Both the position numbers and the translations under genes were made by a program. From Dendrobates tinctorius (taxonomy: Eukaryota), in contig NW_027361688.1 of NCBI RefSeq assembly GCF_039654945.1, positions 2,852,001 to 2,916,000 on the forward strand: a stretch of DNA of 64,000 nt, in the 5' to 3' direction. Every line of letters begins with the position of its first letter. Position 1 is the first letter of the stretch. Below are positions 35,401-54,393 of the stretch, piece by piece. Under the pieces are notes generated by a model. The model was given only the letters and a program-made list of their open reading frames with translations, was not told the origin of the DNA and made no database searches.

Positions 35401-38046
35401 CGAGTCTATATGTATCTATATAGTGTTCATTCTTACAGCAGCGTTTAAAAGTTTGGGCACCCCTGGTCAAAATGACTGTTATTGTGATCAGTTAAGCAAG
35501 TTGAAGATGAAATGATTTGTACAAGGCCTAAAGTTACAGATGACACACTTCCTTTGTATTTTAGTCATATATATATGTATATAAATATATAATTACAAAA
35601 AGGAAAATGAGCCGATACAAATATTTGGGCACTCTTGAAGATTTGAGGGCTCAGATAACTTTGACCAAGGTCTCAGACTTTAATTAGCCCGTTAGGGTTA
35701 TGGCTCGTTCACTGTCATCATTAATAAGGGCCTGGTGATGCAAATTTCCCAGCTATATAAAAACACAGCCTCCTCTAGCCCTGTGCCAAAAACAGCAGCC
35801 ATGGGTTCTTCTAAGCAGCTGCCTAGCCCTCTGAAAATGGTGGAGGCCCACAATGCAGGAGAAGGATATAAGAAGATAGCAAAGTGTTGTCAAGTTGCCC
35901 TTTCCTCAATTCGAAATGTATTTAAGAAATGGCAGTTACCAGGAACAGTGGAGGTCAAGATAAGATCTGGAAGACCAAGCAAATATTTCTGTGAGAGCTG
36001 CTCGTAGGAATGCTAGAGAGGCAAATTGCTTTACTGCAAAGGACGTTCAGAAAGATATAGCAGACTCTAGAGTTGTGGTACATTGTTCTACTGTTCAGAG
36101 ACAGCTGCACAAATATGGCCTTTATGAAATATTCATAAGAAAACCTCTCCTGTGACCTTGCAAAAAATACAGTTTAAAAAGTATGCAAAAGAACATCTAA
36201 ACAAGCCTGTAGCATTTTGGCAACAAGTCATATGGACAGATCAGGATAAAATAGAACTCCTTGGCCACAATGATCAAAGATATGTGTGGAGAAAAAAGGG
36301 CACAGAATTTCAGGAAAAGAACATCTCACCAACCATTAAGCATGGGGGTGGATCAATCATGCTTTAGGGTTGTGTTGCAGCCAATGGCACGGGGAACATT
36401 TCACAGGAATGGATTCAATGGAATTTCAACAAATTCTTGTTGCAAATATAACACCATCTGTGAAAAAGCTGAAGGTGAAAAGAGGAAGAGGATGGCTTCT
36501 ACAAATGGATAATGATCCTAAACACACCAAAATCCACAATAGACGACATCAAAAGGCGCAAGCTGAAGGATTTACAATGGCCCTCACAGTCCCCTGATCT
36601 GAACATCATTTAAAATCTGTGGCCAGACCTCAAAATAGCAGAGGATGGAAGACGACCCGGGAATCTCACAGAACTGGAGGAATCCTCCAAGGAAGAAAGG
36701 AGGAAAATCCCTCAAACACAAGTTATAAGAATATTGTCTGGCTGCAAAAAGTGTTTACAAGCTGTGAGGCTTGCAAAAGGGGGCGCTAATAGGTACTAAC
36801 CATGTAGGGTGTCCAAACTTTTTTTACCTTAAATACAAAGAAAATCTATTTAGGCCTTTTAGAGATCATGTCACCTTCAACTTGCTTAACTTGTCACAAT
36901 AACATTAATTTTGACCAGGGCTGCCCAAACTTTTAGACCCAAGGAATATGATAAAAACACAATAAGATGGGCATTAAACATTTGATTTCAGCATGTATGG
37001 TGGAGAAATTATCACTCAAGTAGAAATAAACCAATGCTAGAGCCACTCGTAAATGCTAATGTCACCAGTGTTAAATAGGACGTCTAGGTGGCTTCAAAGA
37101 CTGGTTGATTCCTCTACAAAGTTTAGTTCCCTGTTTTGGGATTTTAGGATAAGTCTCCATACCTTCCAGGTGTCTCGAATATCAGTATTGTGATAAATCA
37201 CTTTTCCATTTTCATCTGTTGGAAGTAAATCATCACCGGGCTTAAAAACGAGAGAAAGAAAGTAATGGAAATTTAGTAGACCAGAAGACAAGCTGGATCG
37301 TCCTTCTAGCCTCACAGAAAATTTAGGCTGTGACCTGGTTATAAAATGTTGTTGGGGGTTATATACTGACCTTGAGTTCGACAGGAGTATGAATAAGAAA
37401 GAGGTCTAAGTAATTCAGACCTAGGTTCTTCAAGGACTTCTCAAGAGCAGGACGGACCAACTCCGGGGACTGATAGGTGCTCCACAGCTAGAAGAGTAGA
37501 AAACCCCAAAAATGTAAACTAAATTACAGGCTATTTGAGGGTCTTTGGAACGGAGGATGATGGATAACAGTGGGGTGGCCATTAGTGGTTGCCACCGGGC
37601 ATCTGTAACTTGTTATAAAACACCAAGATAAGGGTTGAAGAAGACAACTCAACTAATGTCGCAAGCTTTACCAAAACCAGTGCCTCTACATGGAAAGAAT
37701 ATCAAAGCAAATACCTTGGTAGTGCAGAAGACGTCTTCTCTCTTGACCGTCCCATCTGCGATCTTCGCATTAATCGCTCTTCCTACCTCCACCTCATTGC
37801 AGTATACGAATGCCGAGTCGATGTGTTGATATCCAACCTCAAGGGCGATCTTCACGGACTCTTCCACCATAGATTTGGGGAACTATAAGCAAGGTCATAA
37901 AATAATGACACTGTGCAATTCATGGCTCAGACAGTAACCCTAGACTTGTAGCCATTTACCTCCTGTGGGGCATATGTACCGAGTCCAACCACTGGTATCT
38001 TGTGCCCATCATTCAGTGTAATTCGTGAATGTTTTGTGAGCGCCAT
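29430..38046 (-). CDS. AKR1C-like aldo-keto reductase, gene B (complete, 9 exons, 323 aa)
   Basis: Exons 37960-38046, 37715-37882, 37371-37487, 37163-37240, 34855-34977, 34665-34774, 34280-34445, 29856-29935, 29430-29472. All GT-AG, open frame of 972 nt ending [13 protein letters not shown]. Motifs [38 protein letters not shown] on minus at 29334-29339. Confidence 0.95.
31406..31450 (-). ncRNA. Type I minimal hammerhead ribozyme (sense to gene B pre-mRNA)
   Basis: Minus strand reads TCCACA CTGATGA GGGG CAACAC CCCC GAAAC AGCT GTC^ TGTGGA: stem I, CUGAUGA core, stem II, GAAA, palindromic stem III, GUC cleavage triplet. Confidence 0.88.
31613..31656 (+). ncRNA. Type I minimal hammerhead ribozyme
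   Basis: TCCACA CTGATGA GGGG CAACA CCCC GAAAC AGCT GTC^ TGTGGA, with predicted cleavage after C31650. Confidence 0.9.
32014..32057 (+). ncRNA. Type I hammerhead ribozyme copy with damaged stem II
   Basis: Same motif but the stem II 3' strand is CCAT instead of CCCC. Cleavage site C32051 is 401 nt from the previous one. Confidence 0.75.
33685..33862 (+). mobile_element. Decayed Penelope-like GIY-YIG endonuclease fragment
   Basis: Translates across frameshifts as ..TQDYKI../[30 protein letters not shown], matching the PLE pattern NVVYxIxC..YxGETxQxL. Confidence 0.65.
35436..36934 (+). mobile_element. Decayed Tc1/mariner DNA transposon in intron 4 of gene B
   Basis: TA|CAG left end. Long TIRs (AAAAGTTTGGGCACCCCTGGTCAAAAT..TTAAGCAAGTTGAAG vs its reverse complement at ~36875-36934). 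Broken transposase: [58 protein letters not shown]. Confidence 0.93.
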
Positions 38047-38749
38047 AATGCTAATTGTAGCTCAGATCTGACCACAAGTTCCTCCAGATAGTGTTGAGTT
38101 GCCCAGCAGCTCTCCTCTTCCTTTTGAAGCTCACTTAGAAAACTCCAGTTATATTCAGTTCTCTATGTTTGCATAGTGGGCTAGAAAGGGTGTGGAAACA
38201 TAACGATTAGAAAAAGCTTAGAGGTGCCAGCAAGCCAGAGTGACGCCCTGTGAAAACATGCCCGTTGTACTCTAACACTTTCAACTGTCCAGAAATTACA
38301 ATGGAACAGTGAGACTTCTGCAGATGAACGAGCATTTTGCTCAATTGTCAGATGAATTGCGACATGTTTGCAAGGGTCGATGAATGGGAAGGAGTGTTTC
38401 TTATGGGCACTCATTTGTCAATTATCGGCCAGTAAAAGAAGAAGCAGGCAAATGGGGTGATGAGGGTTGTTTGGCAGGTGCTACATGGTGATTGCCCCTG
38501 GTCAGGAGAATATCACGGGTCTAGAAGGCTGGTTTGGGTGGGCATGTAGCCTACAGAAAAAGCTCATCGTGCTGTGGCTCAGCGTAGTTAGTATCCTATT
38601 CACATTGCTGCAACGAGAACTGGTGGGTAAACGGACAGTCACCTCTTTTTCATCCTCTTACCAAGTTGCCCGTTGAAACTGAATTTGAATAATGAAATAT
38701 TGGGCTCAGAAACAATATTTGTGGATGTCTTAGAGGCAGGAGGAAAAAA

Positions 38750-39415
38750 GGCCCCGTTACACACAACGATATTGTGAATGATATCGTTGCAACGTCGCCA
38801 GTTTGGTGACATTGCAGCGATGTCAAAACGACATCGTTGTGTGTGACACATAGCAACGATCAATGGTCAGTTGGCTGATCGGTAATCATTACCTAATGGT
38901 CTGGGCCATAAATCTATCGTTGGTCTCCCGCTGGGCAGCACACATCGCTGCGTGTGACAGCGAGAGACCAACGATCAGCGAGCTCCCAGCGCCATACAGC
39001 AGACGCTGGGAGCTGGTATCCAGGGTAAACAGCGGGTAACTAAGAGCCGCGCGGCGCTTAGATACCCACTGTTTACCCTGGATACCAGCGTGCTCACTGG
39101 TCCCGATCGGGTATCCAGGGTAAACAGCGGGTAACTAAGAGCTGCGCGGTGCTTAGATACCTGCTGTTTACCCTGGATACCAGCGTGCTCACTGGTCCCG
39201 ATCGGGTATCCAGGGTAAACAGCGGGTAACTAAGAGCTGCGCGGTGCTTAGATACCTGCTGTTTACCCTGGATAACAGCGTGCTCGCTGGTCCTGATCGC
39301 TGGTGAGTCTGTCTGTGTGACAGCTCACCAGCGATCAGCTAACTATGTCCCAGCGATCCCATCCACGTCGGATCGTTGGTGGGATCGCTGGGACATTGAA
39401 GCGTGTAACGGGGCC
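38750..39415. mobile_element. MITE (Harbinger-like) with a triplicated internal palindrome
   Basis: TIRs GGCCCCGTTACAC / GTGTAACGGGGCC. Three ~94-bp tandem units, each a hairpin ATCCAGGGTAAACAG...CTGTTTACCCTGGAT (39018-39273). Confidence 0.8.
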
Positions 39416-39559
39416 CTAAGGCTAAAGTCCTTATGTTTGTTGTCCAGCAAGTCATGGTGAAACATCCAGAGACAGGGGGTGGAAAATCATATGAGGTAGC
39501 TGTTCATGACCTACAACAGGACTGTAAAGAGCCAGCTTCTGTTCTCCCCTCAAAGCGGC

Positions 39560-40585
39560 TGCCAGGAGGCAGATTACACACAGTGTGAAGACTCTGCTCT
39601 TGCTTTCCTCTCACTGAGCCAACCAGGAGGCAGAGCGTACACTGAGAAGACTCTGCTCTTGCTTTCTTGTCACTCTAGCTGCCAGGAGGCAGAGCGCACA
39701 CACTGTGAAGACTCTCCTCTTTCTTTCTTGTCACTCTTGCTGCCAGGAGGTAGAGTGCACACACTGTGAAGACTCTGCTCTTGCTTTCTTCTCACTCTAG
39801 CTGCCAGGAGGCAGAGTGCACACACTGCGAAGACTCTTCTCTTGCTTTCTTCTAACCATAGCTGCCAGGAGGCAGAGTGCACATACTGTGAAGACTCTTT
39901 TCTTGCTTTCTTCTCACTCTAGCTGCCAGGAGGCAGAGCGCACACACTGTGAAGACTCTCCTCTTTCTTTCTTCTCACTCTTGCTGCCAGGAGGTAGAGT
40001 GCACACACTGTGAAGACTCTGCTCTTGCTTTCTTCTCACTCTAGCTGCCAGGAGGCAGAGTGCACACACTGCGAAGACTCTCCTCTTGCTTTCTTCTAAC
40101 CATAGCTGCCAGGAGGCAGAGTGCACATACTGTGAAGACTCTTTTCTTGCTTTCTTCTCACTCTAGCTGCCAGGAGGCAGAGCGCACACACTGTGAAGAC
40201 TCTCCTTTTGCTTTCTTCTCACTCTAGCTGCCAGGAGGCAGAGCGCACACACTGTGAAGACTCTCCTTTTGCTTTCTTCTCACTCTAGCTGCCAGGAGGC
40301 AGAGCGCACACACTGTGAAGACTCTCCTTTTGCTTTCTTCTCACTCTAGCTGCCAGGAGGCAGAGCGCACACACTGTGAAGACTCTCCTCTTGCTTTCTT
40401 CTAAACCTAGCTGCCAGGAGGCAGAGTGCACATACTGTGAAGACTCTTTTCTTGCTTTCTTCTCACTCTAGCTGCCAGGAGGCAGAGCGCACACACTGTG
40501 AAGACTCTCCTCTTTCTTTCTTCTCACTCTAGCTGCCAGGAGGTAGAACACACACTGTGATGACTCTGCTCTTGCTTTCCGATCA
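39560..40585. repeat. 61-bp minisatellite
   Basis: Tandem CTAGCTGCCAGGAGGCAGAGCGCACACACTGTGAAGACTCTCCTCTTGCTTTCTTCTCACT, about 16-17 copies, with a 244-bp higher-order repeat. Confidence 0.95.
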
Positions 40586-41271
40586 CTGTGGTTCTTTTTT
40601 AAGCCCTTTGAGCTATTCGTATTTAGTCTTAAAAAAAAACCTTTCTAAGATTGAATTGTATATGTTAACATCGCCCTACTGGAACTATGACGGATAGAGG
40701 TGGTGCTCACTTCTGACCCAAACAAAAAGAGAGAAAAAAGAAAAAAAATGTACTAATTTTCAAAAATTCTTGTAATCATTCACTTGCATTTATGTCCCAC
40801 AACTTGTATGTTGTGTGTGCCAGTTGCAGCAATCCTACTCCTTCTTTACGTTGACACCTTCTGCATTCTGAGCTGGGTATTTTTTGCTATGCGGACTCCA
40901 TAGTATCATGATAATATATGCTCTCCCCTTCCTTTCTTTACTGATGATGCCTACAATGAGATCATGTCTTCCACCCACCCCAAGTCTCGAAGAGTGGGCC
41001 ACGAGTTGCGGTAGCTGAAATAAATTGGTCCCGGCGAAGTCAGTCCCAATCCAACCCCATGGACTTCTGCAACATTGTTTTGCTTTCCCACTAACTACAA
41101 GTAAAAAATGTGGAGAGCAATGGATAAGGGTCAAGTATACACTACTCAGCATATGATATGAGGTGCGCCTGCAAGAGTTATTTTATCTCCTCTCACTCAA
41201 AATTCAACCTCTGTTCTAGGCTATAAAGTGATCATAAATCACACCCCGACACAGTTCACACACCCCGGTTA

Positions 41272-43297
41272 TGTAACGCGCTGCCACCACTCATCAAACA
41301 CAGGGGCTGATGAGTCCCCAAAATATGTTATTCTCAGACAACCAAAAAGGCCACACACTCTCTGAAAGGCTACGGATTCTTTAGAGCAATCAAGGATCAA
41401 ACTGATTAAATATTTTAAGTTTTAGTGTAAAAATGTACAGTGCTTACAATAAAAAGTATACAAAAGGTAAAAATAAAAACGGCACACAAATGTGCAAAAC
41501 AGTTCTAAATTAAAAAGGGAGAAATAACAGAAATAAATAAATGTTTCCATCTACAGTTATCTTCTGTTTCCTTGAGGGAAGGGGAAGTGAATTATGGATC
41601 ACATCTGCACGCTGCAGACTCTCACATGTGAACCACTTTTCTATTGTGTCACCCATATTTATATGCCTGGTCATGGCTCATATTTCCAGGATGGCCTAGA
41701 CAATGGGCTAATTTAAAAAATATCCTATGTCTCCCCCACTCCTATCTAAACAGTAATTGGGAATATCCAGCCTTGCTACAAATCACCATCTGCCCACACT
41801 TTGAAGCTGGGCTCACTAGACCGAAGTGTCACGATTGCCACCTCTCAGTATTCTTCCAGGAGAACCCCTTTGGTTCCGAGTTCCTGCAATAAGAGTAGGC
41901 AGACTTTATGTCCTTTGTGTAGATACAGTTGTGGCGCCCCTGAGGCTCAGTCGCCACAGAGGTACTGCACCTTCTCCTAAGGTGTAGTGCCCCACCACCT
42001 AGGTAAGTTGGGAACTCCTTTCCACACTCAAACATCTGCATCCCACACACAGGATAGTTCAGTAGGTCCGCCTAGCAGCTTCAGGCTGGGGGTAGCAGAG
42101 CACCCTTCGTGGAACCCTGCTTCGTAACACGAGATGTGCTGGGAGGTGGGTGGAGTTAGTATAAAAGAGAGGGAAAGTTGAGAATTGTAGGTCAGTCTGA
42201 TGGGAGGTCAGGCGAGAGGAGTTCAGTTCTGAAGTTAGTTTTGAGTTCAGTTTAGAAAGAGTGCTGCAGCTGCCTCTGTGATCTGAGCCAGCTGGCACGG
42301 GAAAGAGAAGAGAAGGAGAAAGACGTAGACCTGCAACCTAAGCTTCCATAAGAGAGAGAAGGAACAGCGCAGAACGAAGAAGTAGGAGAACAGAGAGGAG
42401 TTGTGGGTTGGAAGAGGAACCCTGCCTATAGGTTCTCAGCGCTAGGCCGGGGCCCGGTCCCTGAGGTTGTATGGACACTTATGGTTCTGCAGCAGACACC
42501 GGTGGACTAGTTGGCTGTAAATGCACTACTCCCATCAAAGACTTGGGACACAACAGCAACTGAATAGAGAGCCAGGACTTCTGAGAAGGGAGTCCCCGAT
42601 AGAGGCTACAGCTGTCTGTCATTCAAGTAAGGTTCTAGGAACATCTGACAGGAGGAATTCCACAGAACTACGGTACTGGAGTTCTTCACACTAAAAGGCG
42701 CAATAGAGGAGTCGTTCAGGAAAGGCACATGTTGGCGGGGTGTTGGAGAGGAGAACCCTGACTTGCCCGGGAGGTTGATTGAGTCTCTACCCAGGAGGAC
42801 ACGGCACGGAGGCAGGCACCAGTGTGTACCACGGACTGTGAGTAAAGCTTTGGAACTACAAGCCCTGGTGTCCTCCATTCATTCATCGCTAACACCTCCA
42901 GCACCGCTACATCTGGGTAACAGCATCTATACCATACTGCGCCTCTCCTCGTCCATTGCACCTACACTGCCCTGGGACTACAACTCCACTTATGGGGAGC
43001 TATACCATCTTTGCTGCACCACACCATCAGTCCCAGCGGATCTGCATGCAGCGTTGGCTTACCATTTCCCTTGCCAAACACCACGGGTGGCGTCACGAAC
43101 TATTCAAATAAACTTTGACACCATTAACATCACCGCCATTGATATTGGGCGCCCAGGGCCACAGACCGGGTCACTGCTGCTGTGACACATTCCCCCTGAC
43201 ACCGACCCGGTACCGGGTACCCCGCTGCCCTGGGTGTGAGGGCAACTCACAGTCATGCTGATGCAGACTTAACTAGTTATTTTACTGATGTTATACA
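41272..43297 (-). mobile_element. Older LTR (probable 3' LTR) interrupted by the solo LTR below
   Basis: Minus strand: purine tract AGGGGAGA (43298-43305), then TGTATAAC at 43297, ending GTTACA at 41272. TATAAA-like box near 41657-41663. Confidence 0.45.
41930..43249 (+). mobile_element. Solo LTR, diverged subfamily of the 2207-6829 element
   Basis: Starts TGTGGCGCCCCTGAGGCTCAGTCGCCACAGAGGTACTGCACC, collinear with LTR 2207-3522, ends CA. 4-bp TSD CAGT. Confidence 0.92.
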
Positions 43298-45862
43298 TCT
43301 CCCCTATAACTATATATTCCATTCACAGTAAGAGTTGAAACTTGTCAGGGGGATAGTTGTGCCTACAGCAATGGAAAATAGAAATGTGGGAGTGACACCG
43401 GCTGTACTCTTCCTTGGCTGGACTCCAAGATGTTAACTAAAGAATCCAGGAGAGCAGTTGAGCCATCAGGACTCGAGTGCACAAGCTTTAGTGCACAAAC
43501 CTTTGTGGATACAGTAGATTCAGATACACTGGATGGTGCAGGGCTTATATCTTCTGCAGCTTCTGCTTCATCCAGTCCCAAAAATGGGCCACTCCCCTTA
43601 GGAAATCCATACCCCCCCAGAGAATATGTAGACAATTAAGCTATGTGGCCATCTGATCAGATACTTCTAAGAATGACTTAGGTGTTTAGGGGACGTATAG
43701 CAGGGGTGAGCTACTACCAGGAATCATACCATCACGGTGACGTCCAGGCCAAAATATTAAGGTTCTTTATAACTTCAGTGGGGCAAATTTATATTAATAC
43801 ATTCCTACAAAAGAAAAGTAAAAAAAAAAAAAAACAACTAAAATTAAATAAAATAGTTTTCTTGTGGTTCATAAATCCATAAGAAATCTTAAACACGAAT
43901 CTGTATAGTGATCATCGGTCCTTAGGATTCCACTGCCATTGTCCGTGATGAAGACCCCATTCAGAGGCTGAAACGTACTGAATGATGGATGTTCTAAAGC
44001 TCTGTTTCAGTCATTTTTTCCATAGTAACAGACTACAAACAAAGCTTGTGTAGTCAGATTATGCAGTCATTTGATGCTTACTTTTATGTTTCTCCTTTGT
44101 ACATTTTTTAAACTACCAATAATTTGGGAAAGGGTCAGTATGGGATAAATTGAAGGTAGTGTCAGGCTGTCATTACAAAGTTGAGGTTGGATCCCCTTTT
44201 TTGAGTACGGTAATCAGAAGAATTTGAGAAAAATCTGTTTCTCTTATTTTCCAGTTTTTCGGTGTATAAGATGAACCATCGAAGAATATTTATTAAAATG
44301 AAACCTTCAGTGGTTTGGGGGTCACAAAGCCTTAAAACCATGATGGGAGCTAGATGACTTTGATCATTGTTGACCTCATGGTGTAGAAGGACAACATTAA
44401 CTCTAAAGAAGTGGAGTTTGGTAATCAGAGAAAGGAAGGATAACAAAGAGGAAAAGTAAGGGAGGTAGAATCTTCAAATGGTATGGTGGCCCATAGTGTA
44501 AAGATTTGGTTCATCAGTTTCCCCTTCCAACATTTTGGTTACTTTCAATTGAAGGATCTGTCAAGAAGAGGCCATTGTTCGAAATCGATCTATCCATGTT
44601 GGTTTTCCTACACTTTGTGTTAGCTCTTGAGTGTTACCTTCTCAGGGATTATGACGCATGTGATCATCAGGTTCCTTAAAACCACCACTATACATTATGG
44701 CTTCTTCTGGAGGAACAAAACATAGATATTGAGTTTAACAGATGTTTTGATAGGAGAAGAGAAAACTACTGATGTTCATTCCAGGGCTTTCTGATGTGGA
44801 GGGTTAGTGAATACAATATTCTTTTGAGCACTTTTTGTTTTTTTTATAAAAATCAGTTGGGGAAGAAGGTGTTTTTTTTCTAGATCAAGGGACTTAGACT
44901 TGACCAGAGAAGCAGAAGATGTAATTATTGTGTACCAATGGTTGGTGGACTTGTCGTAACGATTGTGGTGGGGACATTACTACATAAAGGGGCCAAGATG
45001 GCGAACTTTATTATTTGAAGAGGCAAAGACAGGGGACATTATATCAGGATGAGCGACATTATTATGGGAAGGGACCAAGATGGAGATATTATTACAGGAA
45101 GGGGCCAGGATGTGGGGCTTTATGATAGGAAGATGTCTGGATGAGGGCCATTATACCATGAAAGGCCCAAGATGGAGGACATTATTATAGGATGGGGCCA
45201 TTATTAAAATGAGGCAAACACATATCTATTTATATGATATTGAACACTACAGGGGCCCATACATCTGACCTATATATAGGTTGATGCCCAGTGAATATTT
45301 TGTACCAGGACCCATTGGACTCTAGTTATGCTATTGCTTGTAGGGTCAAATAAGTTGAAATAATCCAAGTTCTTTTTCATTTTGTACAATACAAAGAGCT
45401 TCCACCATCTTATCAAAATTATAATGTGGCCTTCAGAATGTGCCCTACAACACTGACTATGTTTAGCGGGCCCTTCCGTCCTAAACGATGATGTGTTTTC
45501 CTGGGTAGAAGTAGAATTCAGAATTATGTGTGAGGAAATATTATTATAACATCTCCACAAACATGTGATAATTGTATTTTGACCTGGCCAAGAGCCAATT
45601 CTGCGCTTCAGAATGGTCATAATGAATACTGTAGATTCATTATGTAGCTAAATACACTGACATCATAGGCCCAGAGTGAATTTGAATGTGCAGAGCATGA
45701 GTTTTTTTCCACCAGTCGAAGGCGTGGTTCTTGTAGTAAAGAACGGAAAACATCCAGCCCATCACTTTTCATATGTTATCTTTGACTGCCAAGAATTTGA
45801 ATGCCTGCAAAACAAATGGTACAACTAGCACGGAGGGAGTGAGACGCACTCTAAATGCAGAA

Positions 45863-45870
45863 TATATAAA
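45863..45870 (+). promoter_or_regulatory. Probable TATA box of gene C
   Basis: TATATAAA about 55 nt upstream of the ATG at 45921. Confidence 0.55.
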
Positions 45871-45920
45871 AAAACTATTAGAGAGAGACGATCACTGATG
45901 TGTCAGATCCCAGACGGGAG

Positions 45921-52880
<6,960 letters not shown>

Positions 52881-53541
52881 AGGACTTTTCTTGGGCCAGG
52901 AGCCCCCGATAGGATGGACCCCGATTATGCCACGTGGGGAAAAAAAAATAATATAAAATAATAAACTACAGATTATTTTATTGTTATTGATGTAAAATAG
53001 ATATAATAGAATTTTACTTAATATAAAACTCTCAAAAAACATTAGAGATGAGATGACGGAATGCATAAAAAAGAGAATAATGAAAAAGTGCGAATGGCTG
53101 CAATTTATATCTAGCAGTATGTGACTGCACTGACTATTGGGTGATATGGCTGCACTGTATACGGAAGGGAAACAATGGCGCAGTGGGTAGAGAAGCATGT
53201 GTCTGCACTGTGACACGTGGCTAAACTGTTTATAGGGTCGTGTCTGCACTGTATGTAGGGTAGCATTACTGCACTGTATATGTTTTCTGTAGTGATACTG
53301 TATATAGGGTCTTGCGGCTGTACAGTATATAAGGTCATGTGTCGGCACTTATATCTATCTGGCACTGTGTATGGTGGTTGCTAAATGAGGATCCCAGACA
53401 GACACAAAAACATATCTGGCAAATGAACTTAATAGAAACTAATAATATTCAATGATTTATCCGTCATGTTCCCAGAGGATATTTGGCCTTTGTTAAGATC
53501 CCTGCCATTATAAACTAGATGTGCAAACAACATTCTCTTAA

Positions 53542-53986
53542 ATGGATTATCCATGAATAAGATAAAACAGACCCAGTGATGTCCTTCAAACTGCAGCCTG
53601 TCCAAATCGCATTCATGCACAGACAGCATTATGAAGAAACACTGCTCCTGTGACCTGTGTCTCAACTGACAGAGGAGCTGTATCACAAGCACATATACTA
53701 TTGCTGCTGGAGAAGAAATAACTCTTCTCCTCAGCTCTCTGAGCACAGTGGACTGAGGCTGGTAAAAAAATGCTTTGAGCTCACTGAATCTAGGTGAAAT
53801 TTTTTTCTTCTCATGTTATAGCCCTTTTCCTGGGCTTATGATACATCTCCTCTGTCAGTTGAGACACAGGTCTTGTGAGCTATGTTTCTTAAGACTGATT
53901 TAACCTTTGCTGACACATGACAATGACGAGCTTCCATTTAAATTATGTGACGGGAACTGATTTTATCAGATTCTTACAAGACTCCT
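53542..53986. mobile_element. TTAA-type palindromic MITE between the 3' ends of genes C and D
   Basis: TTAA flanks. Inverted GACCTGTGTCTCAACTGACAGAGGAG (~53652) vs CTCCTCTGTCAGTTGAGACACAGGTC (~53847). Confidence 0.7.
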
Positions 53987-54393
53987 TTAAGGTTCCCATA
54001 CACACTAGATGGAAGCAGAACCAATAATTTCCACTGGATAAGCCCGCCATTTATTAGTTATGGAGGTCTCCTGGCTGTCCCCCGACAGATAGCTTAGGTG
54101 AGAAGAGTGAGGCAAGTTAAATGGCAATCATTTTGTTCACACAGATTATGAGAAGCCGCCGGAGATATTGGCTTACAACGCTCTCCCAAATGGCAGAACA
54201 TCAGCTGACCTCAAAAGGGGCGAGGCTTACTAGAGCCACTCCCAGAGTGGGCGGACCTCTCTATTTAAAGGGAAGAGCTGGCAAGGCTTAAGTGTCCTAA
54301 ATTTTATGATGTAAGTTGGGTAGATGGAAAGAGATCATTAATCGTCAAGTTCCGAATGTGTCTTCTGAGGACAAGGGTGACTGTCCAAGGAAC

